64,000 bases of DNA from Octopus vulgaris (lineage: Eukaryota), in NCBI GenBank assembly GCA_951406725.2, contig OX597840.1:23870001-23934000 (forward strand). The letters run 5' to 3'. The translations under genes and the position numbers were made by a program. Positions within the stretch are counted from its first letter, which is position 1. Every line of letters starts with the position of its first letter. Positions 43,294 to 62,851 of the stretch are shown in pieces. The notes below the pieces were generated by a model. The model was not told where the DNA came from and searched no databases. It saw only the letters and a program-made list of their open reading frames with translations.

Positions 43294-45411
43294 ATGGAAA
43301 TTGAATTACGTGATAATGAGGTTAATTGTTATACACAGTCGTTAAGGATTGATTTTACTGGAGACGAAACAGAAGAAGAAGAGAAAACATCATTTCACTG
43401 TGATGTCTGCAACAAGTCCTTCTTTCTCAAAGATGAACAGACGATTCACAAATGTTTCCATGCAGGAGAGGATCTCTATCGCTGTGACATCTGTGGTAAA
43501 TCATTCTCTGAAAAGGTTCGTTTGACCACACATAAACACATTCACGCAGGTGTCGAGCCGTATCGCTGTAACACCTGTGGTAAATCATTCTCTCAGAATC
43601 ATAGCTTAGCTATTCACAAATGCATCCACATTGTGGTTAAGTCACATCATTGCGATATCTGTGGCAAATCATTCTCTGGAAATAGTGACCTAACCACTCA
43701 CAAACGTATTCATACAGGAGAGAAACCATATCATTGTGATATCTGTGGTAAATCATTCTCTGGAAATAGCGACCTAACCACTCACAAACGTATTCATACA
43801 GGAGAGAAACAATATCAGTGTGATATCTGTGGTAAATCATTCTCTAAAAGTAGTCAGTTAATTCAACACAAACGTATTCATACAGGAGAGAAACCATATC
43901 ATTGTGATATCTGTGGTAAATCATTCTCACATAATCACCACTTAACTACTCACAAATACATTCACACAGGAGAGAAACCATATCAGTGTGATATCTGTGG
44001 TAAATCATTCTCTCGAAATCACCACTTAACTACTCACAAATACATTCACACAGGAGAGAAACCATATCAGTGTGATATCTGTGGTAAATCATTCTCTCAT
44101 AATCACCACTTAACTACTCACAAATACATTCACACAGGAGAGAAACCTTATCAGTGTGATATCTGTGGTAAATCATTCTCTCAGAATCACCACTTAACTA
44201 CTCACAAATACATTCACACAGGAGAGAAACCATATCATTGTGATATCTGTGGTAAATCATTCTCTCATAATCAGCACTTAACTACTCACAAATACATTCA
44301 CACAGGAGAGAAACCTTATCAGTGTGATATCTGTGGTAAATCATTCTCTCATAATCACCACTTAACTACTCACAAATACATTCACACAGGAGAGAAACCT
44401 TATCAGTGTGATATCTGTGGTAAATCATTCTCTCAGAATCACCACTTAACTACTCACAAACGTATTCATACAGGAGAGAAACCATTTCAGTGTGATATCT
44501 GTGGTAAATCATTCTCTAAAAGTTGTCAGTTAATTAAACACAAACGTATTCATACAGGAGAGAAACCATATCATTGTGATATCTGTGGTAAATATTTCTC
44601 TCAGATACACCACTTAACTACTCACAAATACATTCACACAGGAGAGAAACCTTATCACTGTGATATCTGTGGAGAATCATTCTCTCATAATCAAAACCTA
44701 GCTAAACACAAATACATTCACACAGGAGAGAAACCCTATCACTGTGATATCTGTGGTAAATCATTCTCTCAGAGTCAAAACCTAGCTAAACACAAATACA
44801 TTCACACAGGAGAGAAACCCTATCACTGTGATATCTGTGGTAAATCATTCTCTCAGAATCACAACTTAACTACTCACAAATACATTCACACAGGAGAGAA
44901 ACCATATCAGTGTCATATCTGTGGTAAATCATTCTCTAGAAATGGTGACCTAACCACTCACAAACGTATTCATACAGGAGAGAAACCATATCATTGTGAT
45001 ATCTGTGGTAAATCATTCTCTCAGATACACCACTTAACTACTCACAAATACATTCACACAGGAGAGAAACCTTATCATTGTGATATCTGCGGTAAATCAT
45101 TCTCTCAGAATCAAAACCTAACTAAACACAAATACATTCATACAGGTGAGAAACCCTATCCCTGTAATATTTGCGGTAAATCTTTTTCTCAAAGTTACCA
45201 CTTGAGTAAACACAAACGTATTCATACGGGAGAGAAACCATATCATTGTGATATCTGTGGTAAATCCTTCTCTCAGAACCATACCTTAATTTCTCACAAA
45301 CACATTCACACAGGAGAGAAGCCTTATCACTGTGATGTATGTGAAAAGTCTTTCTCTCAAAAAGGTAACTTAACTACTCACAAACATATCCACGCAGGAA
45401 AGAAACCATAA
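43294..45411 (+). CDS. C2H2 poly-zinc-finger gene 3 (705 aa, 24 fingers)
   Basis: Intact ORF. N-terminus near-identical to ZNF2 ([21 protein letters not shown]); ends HAGKKP*. Confidence 0.93.
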   Translation: MEIELRDNEVNCYTQSLRIDFTGDETEEEEKTSFHCDVCNKSFFLKDEQTIHKCFHAGEDLYRCDICGKSFSEKVRLTTHKHIHAGVEPYRCNTCGKSFSQNHSLAIHKCIHIVVKSHHCDICGKSFSGNSDLTTHKRIHTGEKPYHCDICGKSFSGNSDLTTHKRIHTGEKQYQCDICGKSFSKSSQLIQHKRIHTGEKPYHCDICGKSFSHNHHLTTHKYIHTGEKPYQCDICGKSFSRNHHLTTHKYIHTGEKPYQCDICGKSFSHNHHLTTHKYIHTGEKPYQCDICGKSFSQNHHLTTHKYIHTGEKPYHCDICGKSFSHNQHLTTHKYIHTGEKPYQCDICGKSFSHNHHLTTHKYIHTGEKPYQCDICGKSFSQNHHLTTHKRIHTGEKPFQCDICGKSFSKSCQLIKHKRIHTGEKPYHCDICGKYFSQIHHLTTHKYIHTGEKPYHCDICGESFSHNQNLAKHKYIHTGEKPYHCDICGKSFSQSQNLAKHKYIHTGEKPYHCDICGKSFSQNHNLTTHKYIHTGEKPYQCHICGKSFSRNGDLTTHKRIHTGEKPYHCDICGKSFSQIHHLTTHKYIHTGEKPYHCDICGKSFSQNQNLTKHKYIHTGEKPYPCNICGKSFSQSYHLSKHKRIHTGEKPYHCDICGKSFSQNHTLISHKHIHTGEKPYHCDVCEKSFSQKGNLTTHKHIHAGKKP

Positions 45412-45439
45412 CACTGTGATAATTCTATTACTCTCTCTT

Positions 45440-45830
45440 TCTCTCTCTCTTTTACTTCTTTCAGTCATTTGACTGTGGCCATGCTGGAGCACTGCCTTTA
45501 GTCGAGCAAATCGACCCCAGGACTTATTCTTTGTAAGCCCAGTACTTATTCTATCGGTCTCTTTTGCCGAACCGCTAAGTGACGGGGACGTAAACACACC
45601 AGCATCGATTGACAAGCAATGCTAGCGGGACAAACATAGACACAAACACATGCACATACATATATACGACAGGCTTCTTTCAGTTTCCGTCTACCAAATC
45701 CACTCACAAGGCTTTGGTCGGCCCAGGGCTATAGCAGAAGACACTTGCACAAGATGCCACGCAGTGTGACTGAACCCAGAACCATGTGGTTGGTTAGCAA
45801 GCTACTTACCACACAGCCACTCCTGCACCT
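45440..45830 (-). mobile_element. Full-length tRNA-derived SINE family A
   Basis: Reverse-complement head AGGTGCAGGAGTGGCTGTGTGGTAAG..GGGTTCAGTC. Flanking TCTATTA at 45424 and 45830 is a possible TSD. Confidence 0.85.
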
Positions 45831-46374
45831 CTATTAAATCATTCTCTCGAATAAATAGCTTAACTTGATGGAAGTGCTTCTTGCAATTGTGTTGTGGTAA
45901 ATTATTCTCTTACACAGTTTTATTACATGCCAGTATATTTATTATTTTTATTTATTTATGCGCCCTTTACAAACCTAGCCAGGCTCATGGGCCCGGTTTC
46001 TGTGGAATATGTGTTACACCACCAGCTGGACAGGATGCCAGTCCATCGCAGCATTACTCAAGAAACAGGAAGAAAGAGTACAGCAGAGATCGACACCACC
46101 CCCTGCCGGAGCCTCTTGGATCTTTAGGTGTTTTCGCTCAATAAACACACACAACGCCCGGTCAGGGAATCGAAACCGCATTAAATAAATGTTAGATTAG
46201 TGAGTTATAGTAAAAATAGTATCATATGAATGAGAGAACAACGTGATCACATTTATAACTTTGTTAAAGAAATTGATTGAACTGATATAGATAAATTAGA
46301 AAATAATTAAATCGATACATTATAAAATAATTATAGTGAGAAATATAACTCACTATCTACCATTTATTTACCAA

Positions 46375-47086
46375 CTAGCATTAAAGACCCGTCGTTGCCG
46401 GGTCATAGTGCTAGTGCATGTATATACGTGTACATATTACAAGTACATCTATCTATATACATCTACACATAAAATGCAAAATACAAAGTTATATCTTGAT
46501 GTCGGTTGTGATAACAATACTCAAAATATATAACAGACTGGAATTGTTAGCTCTTCTTTTTTCTCTATATTGTATACTTTATAGACAATAGTCTTTTTTA
46601 AGTTTAATTTTGTATTATCCATCTGGACTATTCCATTTCTGCACGCTAATTATATTTTTAATTTATTCCCATTCATGTGAAACCACTTATTCAAGTTCAA
46701 ATCACTGATGCAATTTTATACCAATTGCTATTTTTACTTTTTTATGTTACGATTATATTATACTTTAGTTTGATTTTAATTATTACTTGCTACATATAAT
46801 TCAATTGTTATTATTATTTTTGTTGTTAAAGTGAAAGCATCTGACATAAAATAGAGAAATATTTTTGTTTCACTTTTAACATGTAATACTGAAATAGTGG
46901 AGAAAATATGATATTGCTATGGGCTCGCTCTAGGCAAGAAGTTGAACTTTTTTTTTGCCCATGAAACTACATGGACCCTAAGTAAGGCATGTGTAAAATT
47001 TGAATGAAATTGGTTGTGTAGTTCTCAAGTTTTAGGAAAACACACAGACAGACAGACACACATTCTCAGTTTTATATATATAAAGA
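46375..47086 (-). mobile_element. Complete non-autonomous Helitron (712 bp)
   Basis: Minus strand A|TCTTTATATATATAAAACTGAGAATGTGTGTCTGTCTG ... GACCCGGCAACGACGGGTC hairpin ... CTAG|T. Confidence 0.88.
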
Positions 47087-47213
47087 TTATTACCCTTATA
47101 CAACCTGTTACCCACTGGCCAAGATTTATACCAATATTAGTAATTAAAAAAAAGTTTTTGTCTGTTGAGATGTTTTGGAAGAATAACGTGATAACCTAAC
47201 GATATGTCTTTTT

Positions 47214-47297
47214 CATTCCTCTGATGAGATTTTGCCCAATTAAATGTTTTAATTATTGGAATTTCTTTTGAGCAAAATCGAAACAGCTGTAAGTGTA
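47214..47297 (+). ncRNA. Type-I hammerhead motif with intact core but decayed stem I
   Basis: CTGATGA-GATTTTGC...GCAAAATC-GAAAC-AGCT-GT-A. Stem I only ~2 bp. Confidence 0.55.
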
Positions 47298-47705
47298 CAT
47301 GTTGAATTTTTTGAGTGAATAAACTATATTAATGCTACTTCTCTTTTTCCTGGATTTTAATTTGTATATATATCATGATCGTGATCATCGTTTAACGTCC
47401 GTTTTCCGTGCTAGCACGGGCTGGACGGCTCGACCAGGGTCTGGGAAGCAAGGAGGCTGCACCAGGCCCAGTCTGATCTGGCAGTGTTTCTACAGCTGGA
47501 TGCCCTTCCTAACGCCAACCACTCCGCAAGTGTAGTGGGTGTTGTTTACATGCCACCAGCACAGGTGCCAGGGAAATCTGGCAGCGGCCACGATCGGTTA
47601 TATATATATATATTGTTAATCCAAACAAGAAAGCACAAAAAAAACACAACAACGCGAGGGCGTGGGACAAATATAGTATTATTGGACGCTCAGGAAAGAA
47701 GGAGG

Positions 47706-47740
47706 GTTTAACGTTTCGAGCGGAGCTCTTCGTCGGAAAC
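47706..47740 (-). ncRNA. Minimal hammerhead-like motif
   Basis: Minus strand GTTT-CCGACGA-A-GAGC tcc GCTC-GAAAC-GT-T-AAAC, with palindromic ACGT stem III. Confidence 0.5.
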
Positions 47741-47832
47741 ATAGGAGAAGGAAAGATCTGCTGTATATGAAATACCAGAAGTTATTGTGTTAAAAAGAGC
47801 AAGGACTAATGTTTACTTTGAAACGGTTGATG

Positions 47833-49190
47833 AATGTTCCTCGTGCCATTCAGTGACAACTTTAGCTGTGTGAATTGGTGCATTATCATCCTGAAAGCTT
47901 GCGTTTCTCTCCAGAAACAGTTCCCCTACCATAGGATGAATTTGATCAGATGAAATGCTTAAATAGTCTTGACTATTAATTCTGCCATGAAGGGGAACCA
48001 TTGGGCTGGCAGATTTCCAAGATATAGCTCCCCAGATCATTACAGATCCTCCTCCATGTTTAACAGTTGGAAGAAGGCAGTCTGGGTCAAATGCTTCTAT
48101 TGGCTCTCTTCACACGTATACTCGGCCGGTGGTCGGAAATAAGGTAATGGATGACTCGTCCTAGAAAATAACATTCTTCCACTGCTCTAGGGACCAAGTC
48201 TGTAGGTTTTTACTCCACTCTAAACGCTTTGCAACGTTTGTTTTTGAAAGTAGTGGTTTTCTGATTGCAGCCCTCCCTTGAAATCTGGCTTTGTGCAGCT
48301 CCCAGCAAAAAGTTTTTGTGGAAACTGGGTTCTTGAGGCGGTCATTAAGCCCTGCAGTAATTTTGGGGGCTGTACTTTTGTGATCCTTTCTAACAATTTG
48401 TTGAATTAATTAATTGTCATTTAAACCCGAAGCTATATAAAAATATTGAGGACTTTTGTTGAAAGAAGAGTTACTTCCCCTCGTCCATTAACCGTTCAGT
48501 CTTGCAAATTCCGTTTATTTCCTGCAAATCTTTATTCCTTGATCAATTCCACTTTATAACTGATAATTATTAGGAGACCGGAATTAGATACGAATGATTT
48601 CATATCTAACGCACAACTCAGAAAAAAGGAAGGACTAAAAAAAATTACTTAAACAAAGATATACAATTTCTTTCACTGTTTCGTTTTCCTTTTCACTGCC
48701 CATTCCAATTTTTTTATTTCCCACATTTTGCTATTAACCATTTCTTAATATCCTCACCATTTCCATCTATACCTAAACAGACATTTTTATACATCGTGGA
48801 TCCCCGTCGTTCGCCGATGAGGATTCAGGTGTAAGACCAACTGAATCCCCTGCTCCGCAATTCCGTGAGTCGCCGAGGATTCCGCTGGAATCATACAAGA
48901 ACCTCTGCGACCCGAAGCTGACCTCTTTGGAATTCCTCGGTTCAGCACTTTCCCCTCTGTCCGATTTCATTCAGGTCAACTGGACACTGCAGAAAGTGTT
49001 ATTTGCCCAAAGTGTCTCGCAGTAGGACAGAACGAGGGACCTCGTGGTTGTTAAGGGATCTTCTTGACCATTCGGCCGTACTCTGCCTACACACACACAC
49101 ACGAAGCACCTGCTGAAGATGACGTGCAACTTCCAAAGAAAGTTTTAACACTGGAAAACTTCAAGGTGCATACGTCGAAAGTTTATTTCT
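47833..49190 (+). repeat. Third copy of part of the duplication unit (minus-strand Tc1 relic at 47833-48402 plus exon-like blocks)
   Basis: Colinear with 23071-24450 and 37175-38540. Confidence 0.9.
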
Positions 49191-49315
49191 ATAGCATATC
49201 TGTGCCTATCTATCTATCTATCTATCCATCCATCCATCCGTTTATCCATCTATTTGTCTGTCTATTTATCTATATATGTCTACCTATCTATCTCTATTTA
49301 TCTATCTATCTATCT

Positions 49316-49708
49316 CTCTTTACTCTTTTACTTGTTTCAGTCATGTGACTGTGGCCATGCTGGAGCACCGCCTTTAGTCGAGCAAATCGACCCCAGGACT
49401 TATTCTTTGTAAGCCTAGTACTTATTTTATCGGTCTCTTTTTGCCGAACCGCTAAGTTACGGGAACGTAAACACACCAGCATCGGTTGTCAAGCGATGTT
49501 GGGGGGACAAACACAGACACACAAACGCACACACATACACATATATATACATATATACAACGGGCTTCTTTCAGTTTCCGCCTACCAAATCCACTCACAA
49601 GGCTTTGGTCGGCCCGAGGCTATAGTAGAAGACCCTTGCCCAAGGTGCCACGCAGTGGGACTGAACCCGGAACCATGTGGTTGGTAAACAAGCTACTTAC
49701 CACACAAC
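49316..49708 (-). mobile_element. tRNA-derived SINE family A
   Basis: Homologous to 45440-45830. Confidence 0.85.
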
Positions 49709-51247
49709 CCTATCTATCCATTTGTCTATATAGAAATATAGTGAAATTTCCATTGTTGAAGTTCTACTCATTAAGTTTCCTCAATATCTTTTACTGTTTT
49801 TCTCTTATTTCAGAATATCAGAACAATTCAAGTGTTTAAGAATATCTGACTTCAGTTCTCTCATCAATTTTGTGTGTTAAAGACTAATGGAAGATACCCA
49901 AAACAAACACCTTCATTTTTGTATTAATCTCTGCAGAATTACAGGGAAATATTTCTTGTGAATTGAGATTGAGAACAAAATCTGTCCACTTCACAATTAG
50001 GAATTTATTCAAAATGATTTGATATTCAAATGAAAATTGGAGAAAATTTACCTTGAAAATTGGAGAAATTGAATTTCATGGTTATTCCAGTAATGATCTA
50101 CAAAAAAGTTGGAGAAAATTTACCTTTTAAATGTGAAATAAAAATTCATAGTTATACCTATTTCTATTTCTTTACTACCCACAATGGGCTAAACACAGAG
50201 GGGGACAAACAAGGACAGACGACTGGATTAAGTCGATTACATCGACCCCAGTGCGTAACTGGTACTTATTTAATCGACCCCAAAAGGATGAAAGGCAAAA
50301 TCGACCTTGGTGGAATTTGAACTCAGAACGTAAAGGCAAACGAAATACTGCCAAGCATTTCGCCCGGCATGCTAACGTTTCTGCCAGCTCGGCGCCTACT
50401 AGAGGTGATGTTAAATATCTTATGAAAATATCTAGCTGGGAAAGTTTAAGAACTGATTTATATTTTCGGTCAAGAGATGGCAAAGCCGTTACACCAGTGT
50501 GATGTATGTAAAAAGACTTTCTCTCGTGGAGGTAACCTTGCTACCCACAAACGTATCCATACAGGAGACAAACCCCATCACTGCGATATCTGTGGGAAAT
50601 CATTCTCTAGAGCAAGTACTTTAACTACACACAAATATATTCATACTGGAGAGAAGCCATATCGCTGTGATATCTGTGGTAGATTATTCTCTGTTGACAG
50701 TAGCTTAACTCGACACAAACGTATTCATACGGGAGATAAACCATATCGGTGTGATATCTGTGACAAGTCTTTCTCAGATGCAGGTAGCTTAACTGCTCAC
50801 AAACGATTCCATACAGGTGAGAAGCCCTATCACTGTGATGTCTGTGGTAAATCATTCTCTCAGAGAGGTACCTTATCTACACACATGTTTATTCGCACAG
50901 GAGAGAAAAAATATCACTGTGATATCTGTGGTATGTTGTTCTCACGCAGGTTTCACTTGACTCGACACAAACTCACCCACACAGGTGAGAGATCGTACAG
51001 CTGTGATATTTGTGGAAAATCATTCTCTGAAAGTAGCATCATAATTAAGCACAAACGTGTTCATACCGGAGAAAAACCGTATCACTGTGATATCTGTGGG
51101 AAATCATTCTCAGGGGGAAGTACCCTGACTATTCACAAATGGATTCACTCAGGAGAGAAACCATATCACTGTGACATTTGTGGTAAATCTTTCTCTGCAA
51201 GTTTTGGTTTGACTAGACACAAACGAATTCATACAGGAGAAAAGCCG

Positions 51248-57124
<5,877 letters not shown>

Positions 57125-57753
57125 ATTATGTGACTGGCCATCATCCTCATTCAACATCTGTTTTCCATGCTGGCATGTGTTGAACGGTTTTTGACATGCA
57201 AGCCAGGGGATTGCACCCAGCTCTACTGTCTGCTATGGCATGGTTTCTATTGCTGGAGGCCCTTCCTAATAGCAACCACTTTACAAAGTGTACTGGGTGC
57301 TTTTGACATGGGCCCAGCGCTAGCGAGGACAAACACATTCATACAAATTTACCCACAAGGCATTGGTCAGCCTAGGAACAGAAGGCAATTGCCTAGGGTG
57401 CTGTTAATGGGACTCTGCCCCCAAACCATGTGGTTGCGAAGCAAATGCCTCACGGCCATCTCTTCATTTCAGATCATTCTCTGAAAGATGTAACTTATGT
57501 ACTTACATACAAACGCTTTCATACAAGACACCAACCATGTTACCGAGATATCTGTGGGAAACCAATCTCTCTAAAAATATCAATTAACTATTCTGTGTAT
57601 TCATATTAACGAGTAACACTTAATATCAAAATTAGTTCTTTGAAAAAAATTTATCTTATATAACCACATATGTATACACATGGGAAAGACTAACTGTGCA
57701 AACACCCTATCAACAATCTATATGACTATCTCCACCCTGTTGAAATAACTTAA

Positions 57754-58214
57754 CTCTTTCATTACCAACCCGGCTGAAACTGCCTCTGGTTCTGTAGTAC
57801 AAATGTCTTGTTTTCATAAGTTCTGAAATAAAATCTTCCACCAAACCTTAGTCACAATTTATGTCCCTAACCCTAGCTTAATGATAACTAAGATATTTTA
57901 CTAAATTCTTTGTTACATTTAAAGTAATTGAAAGAAACACAGAGCATCTCAACAGAAATATGGTAACAAAAGGGTTAACAAATGATTAATTTAACCCTTT
58001 TGATACCAACCCAGCTGAAACCACCTCTTGCTCTGAGTACAAATGTCTTGTTTTCATAAGTTTTGAATTAAAATCTTCCACCAAACCTTAGTCACAATTT
58101 ATGTTCCTAACACTAGCTGAATGATAACTTAGTTATTTTACTAAATTCTTTGTTATATTTAAAGTAATTGAAAGAAACACAGAGCATCTCAACAGAAATA
58201 CAATAACGAAAGGG
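57754..58214. mobile_element. Two tandem piggyBac-like MITEs (57754-57974 and 57995-58214), each TTAA-flanked
   Basis: TTAA|C(T/C)CTTT ... AAAGGG|TTAA twice; bodies highly similar. Confidence 0.85.
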
Positions 58215-58651
58215 TTAAGGTATTTTTAATATGGGGTAGAAAGGGCTCCTTAGCCGTAGTGAAGGCAATCTGCTATGGAGATAACCTCACAATAAATCAC
58301 TGGGTCCGTAGCTTAGAAATACTGGGTTGACGTCCAGCGGGAACAGCTTTGTTACATGGAGGAGGAAAGATCTTCTTTAGTACTTGGTTGTACAATGCTT
58401 TCCAATGTGTGTAGTAGTGGCGCGCGCACACATTATTAGCCATTTGAAAAGACTATGAAAGTCTCGACCACGGTCGAACAATGATGATGGTGATTTTTAA
58501 TAAAAGAATTCTTTTATAATATTTGTAATTTATTCTGTTTCCTGTTTCTTTTATGTTTGCCTGTCAAAGTGATGAGGGTCATTTGGTCATCATTAAGAAT
58601 GGCTAATGACTTGCACAGTGACTTTGTCATATGTGCATTACAAGACCAGGT

Positions 58652-59080
58652 TTCGGATGCGTAAATGACTGACGAATGACTTCCCAAACAGATCTTCTAC
58701 TCCCAACTCAAAGACGGCAAGCGTACAAAAGGAGGCCAGAAGAAACGCTACAAGGACTCCCTGAAAATGAACCTCAAAAAGTGTGACATCGACTTCACTG
58801 AGTGGGAGGAAACAGCAAAAAACAGACCACTCTGGAAAACCACCATCCATGAGGGAACGGCGACTTTCGAGTCGAAAAGGCCTTCAGTGCTGGAGGAGAA
58901 AAGACGACGATGGAAGGAGCGCCAACAACAACCACGTGCGACTCTCCCTTCCAGCACTAGACGTTCGCACTGCGACCGATCTTTTCAAGCAAGAATTGGT
59001 CTTATCAGTCACCTATGGACTCACCAGTAAATTTGCGTGAAGGCCATCATCCTCGACCTTGAGGGATTGCCATCATCACC
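58652..59080 (+). mobile_element. 5'-truncated RTE-clade LINE 3' end with 12-bp TSD
   Basis: LPKQIFYSQLKDGKRTKGGQKKRYKDSLK...FQARIGLISHLWTHQ*, CAT-rich tail, TSD ACAAGACCAGGT at 58640 and 59081. Confidence 0.92.
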
Positions 59081-59410
59081 ACAAGACCAGGTCAAGATGT
59101 TTGGGGATGGAGACTGAGGCAGTGGATGACCAAGAGGTCTTGCTTGCCTCATCTTTCTTTCTTTCCACGGATGAGTGACCCAGGCTCTTCTATACTACCC
59201 TTGGCCTGAACAAAGGATTTACCGCTTGTTTTGACAAGCAACAAGCGGGTGGATTTGGTTCCAAATCTCAGGCAGGGCCAAGTGAGGTCCCTACATGATA
59301 CAGCTTGGCACCAGTGACGTCGCAACTCATTTCTACAGCTGAGTGAACTGCAGCAACGTGAAATAAAGTGTCTTGCTCAAGAACATAACACACAACATGG
59401 TCCAGGAATC

Positions 59411-59702
59411 GGATCTTTTTGTTTTGACTGGCAGATTTTTAAAATAATTTCTTTGTAACTAAACACTTTTAAACTTCGTATACTGGTAGAATGTGTTTAT
59501 AAAACATCTTTTTCTCTTGGATTTCTCGAGAAAATTCTGTAGCTTGTAAGCTATTTGTTGTTTAATTTCTTGCATTTCGGCAATTTCAACCAATCAATGA
59601 CGTCTATTGAGGTGAATACAATATCTGTCGTAGTTTATCAACAGCAATAATTGTAGCTTACACACTACAGAATTTTCTCAAGAAAGCCAAGAGAAAATGA
59701 TG
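59411..59702. mobile_element. Fold-back MITE (same family as 25205), right end truncated
   Basis: GGATCTTTTTGTTTTGACTGGCAG terminus and internal inverted arms. Confidence 0.75.
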
Positions 59703-60062
59703 TTGCCTGACTGTGTTCCAAATTTCTCTCATCTTTTACTGACCAGTTACGCTGGCAAATTTTTACCCCTAAAGACGATGTAATATTTGCAATTTAAGGA
59801 TTTTAAATAGAAAGGAAGAAAAAAATCAAAAAGCAGAAATTACTCATTTTGTCTCAGTTACTTATTTTGCCCCTCCCCCCCCCCCATATGGAAGAGTAAA
59901 TATCATCATCATCGTTTAACGTCCGCTTTCCATGCTAGCATGGGTTGGACGGTTCAACTGGGGTCTGGGAAGCCAGAAGGCTGCACAAGGCTCCAGTCTG
60001 ATCTGGCAGTGTTTCTACAGCTGGATGCCCTTCCTAATGCCAACCACTCCATGAGTGTAGTG

Positions 60063-60530
60063 GGTGCTTTTTACATGCCACCGGCACAGGTGCCAGATGA
60101 GGCTGGCAAACGGCCATAATTGGATGGTGCTTTTTACGTGCCACCGGCACAGGTGCCAGACGAGGCTGGCAAACGGCCATAATTGGATGGTGCTTTTTAC
60201 ATGCCACCGGCACAGGTGCCAGATGAGGCTGGCAAACGGCCACAATTGGATGGTGCTTTTTACGTGCCACCGGCACAGGTGCCAGACGAGGCTGGCAAAC
60301 GGCCACAATTGGATGGTGCTTTTTACGTGCCACCGGCACAGGTGCCAGACGAGGCTGGCAAACGGCCTCAATTGGATGGTGCTTTTTACGTGCCACCGGC
60401 ACAGGTGCCAGACGAGGCCGGCAAACGGCCACAATTGGATGGTGCTTTTTACGTGCCACCGGCACAGGAGCCAGATGAGGCTGGCAAACGGCCACAATTG
60501 GATGGTGCTTTTTACATTCCACTGGCACTG
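60063..60530. repeat. 63-bp minisatellite (7+ copies) inside SINE family C
   Basis: GGTGCTTTTTACGTGCCACCGGCACAGGTGCCAGACGAGGCTGGCAAACGGCCACAATTGGAT at 60063, 60126, 60189 ... 60504. Confidence 0.95.
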
Positions 60531-60769
60531 GTACCACAACTACAATTTCCATTGATGTTGATCGATTTTGATTTTAAATGTTATAAATGGTGCCATAAAA
60601 GAGAAGGACCCAGGATTTGTTGCCAAGTGGTTGTTGTTAAGAAGGGCATCCAAGCTGTAGAAGCCTTGCCAAAGCAGGACGGCGGAGTGTGCTGTCGTCC
60701 TTGGAACTGTCGAATCCTGTCAAACTGTCCAAGCCATGGAAGGCAGATGTCGGATTATGATGACAAGGA

Positions 60770-61132
60770 TGTGATGGCCATAATGATGATGATGATGATA
60801 ATGACGATGATTATGATGATGATGAGGAAGTGACAAAGACAAGATGATGCTGGTAATGACAATGATGATGATGACAGTGATGATAATGACGGTGGTGGTG
60901 GTGGTGGTAGTGGAGAAGGAGGAGGAGGAGGAGGAAAAGGATGATGATGGGGATGAGGAAGTGATAGTGACAAGATGATGCTGGTAATGACAAACATGAT
61001 GATGATGATGATGAAGATGGTGGTGGTGGTGAGGAGGAAGAGGGGGAGGAAAAGGATAATGATAATGATGGTGATGATGATGAGGAGGAGGAGGAGGAAA
61101 AGGATGATGATGATGATGGGGAGGTGGAGGAG
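60770..61132. repeat. Degenerate (GAT)/(GGT)/(GAG) trinucleotide low-complexity tract
   Basis: Seen directly. Confidence 0.9.
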
Positions 61133-61774
61133 GCTAAACTTAATGTACAACCTAAATGTATGTGAAAAAGGGGTCTAAACCCCCACCCCCCAAAAACCAA
61201 CTACAATGACTGCATTTGTACATTATATATATATATAATACAATTGCAACTTGTGTGTCTGTGTTCCATTAATGTTTTGTGGACACCGCACCAGCCGATG
61301 AAGTAGGCCAACCCAATACGTAGACATAGAGGGAGAAGTCTAGACGTTGGGGGTTAAGTAGAGGTCAATAAACATGCTGATTAACAACCTCATTTCGTGT
61401 TGGTGAATGCTGGTTAATATTTCTAAAGCAGTTTGGTAGAAGCAAATTTCATATCAGCAGCCTGAGAAATTAGTTAACGGATGGCCTTCACGGGGTGGGG
61501 TGATGGGGGAAATACTAACTACAAAAAGTATTTCAAAATGTAACCCAGTTTTTTAAAATTTATTTTGATCTTAACCTATTTTTACTGTAATTTAATATTA
61601 CAGGCTTTGATAAAGAATTCGGAGACCACATGAGGAACATATATCTGCTGTGACTTTGTAAATTAATGTTTACGTGGCAACTGGTAGAAAGTAGGAACTA
61701 AAACAGAGGAAAGCTTTGAATATTTGAGGTGAGCCTTTTAAAATTTATGAGTCGTTATTAGTCCTTTATATCTC

Positions 61775-62178
61775 TCTTTTACTCTTTTACTTGTTTCGGT
61801 CATTTGACTGTGGCCATGCTGGAGCACCACCTTTAGTCGAGCAAATCGACCCCGGGACATATTCTTTTGTAAGCCCAGTACTTATTCTATCGGTCTCTTT
61901 TGCCGAACCGCTAAGTGACGGGGACGTAAACACACCAGCATCGGTTGTCAAGCAATGCTAGGGGGACAAACACAGACACACAAACACATGCACATACATA
62001 TATATACATATATACGACAGGCTTCTTTCAGTTTCCGTCTACCAAATCCACTCACAAGACATTGGTCGGCCCGGGGCTATAGCAGAAAACACTTGCCCAA
62101 GATGCCACAAAGTGGGACTGAACCCAGAACCATGTGGTTGGTTAGCAAGCTACTTACCACACAGCCACTCCTGTGCCT
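61775..62178 (-). mobile_element. Full-length tRNA-derived SINE family A
   Basis: Homologous to 45440-45830. Confidence 0.85.
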
Positions 62179-62792
62179 GCAAGACATTCAGTTAATATCT
62201 TACAGAGAATTAGTTTGATTATATAGTAATCTAGACTTTGGAATAAGTCATTTGATTCCAACCCATATGAGATTGTTCCTGGTTCTATAATCAAACTTTC
62301 TTTTTAAAAGCGATTCAAATTAAAACCTTCCACCAAAATATCATGATTTATGTTCCAAACATCACAGAAATAATAACAGTTATCTCACTAAATTCTTCAT
62401 CATCATCATCATCGTTTAATGTTCATTTTCCATGCTAGCATGTGTTGGACGGTTCGACCGGGGTCTGGGAAGCCAGGAGGCTGCACCAAGTCTGATCTGG
62501 CAGTGTTTCTACAGCTGGATGCCCTTCCTAACACCAACCACTCTGTGAGTGTAGTAGGTGCTTTTTACGTGCCACCGGCACGGAAGCTGGCCTCATTATT
62601 TTCAAAATTAATTGAAATAAAGGCTTTATTTCAAAAGACAAAAAAAAAACAGTAATGAAAGATTAAAGTGATCTAAATTCAAATTTTCCATCAATATTTC
62701 ATGTTAATTAATGTCCCAAACACCGGTTTGCCCAAATTTGCCAAAATTAATTCTTACAGAAACTCTAACTTATGGTTGTGTGAGGGAGGAGG

Positions 62793-62851
<59 letters not shown>

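Noticed and set aside
60015-61200. ORFs of 130-216 aa on both strands
   Set aside because: Arise from the 63-bp (21-codon) minisatellite and trinucleotide tracts.
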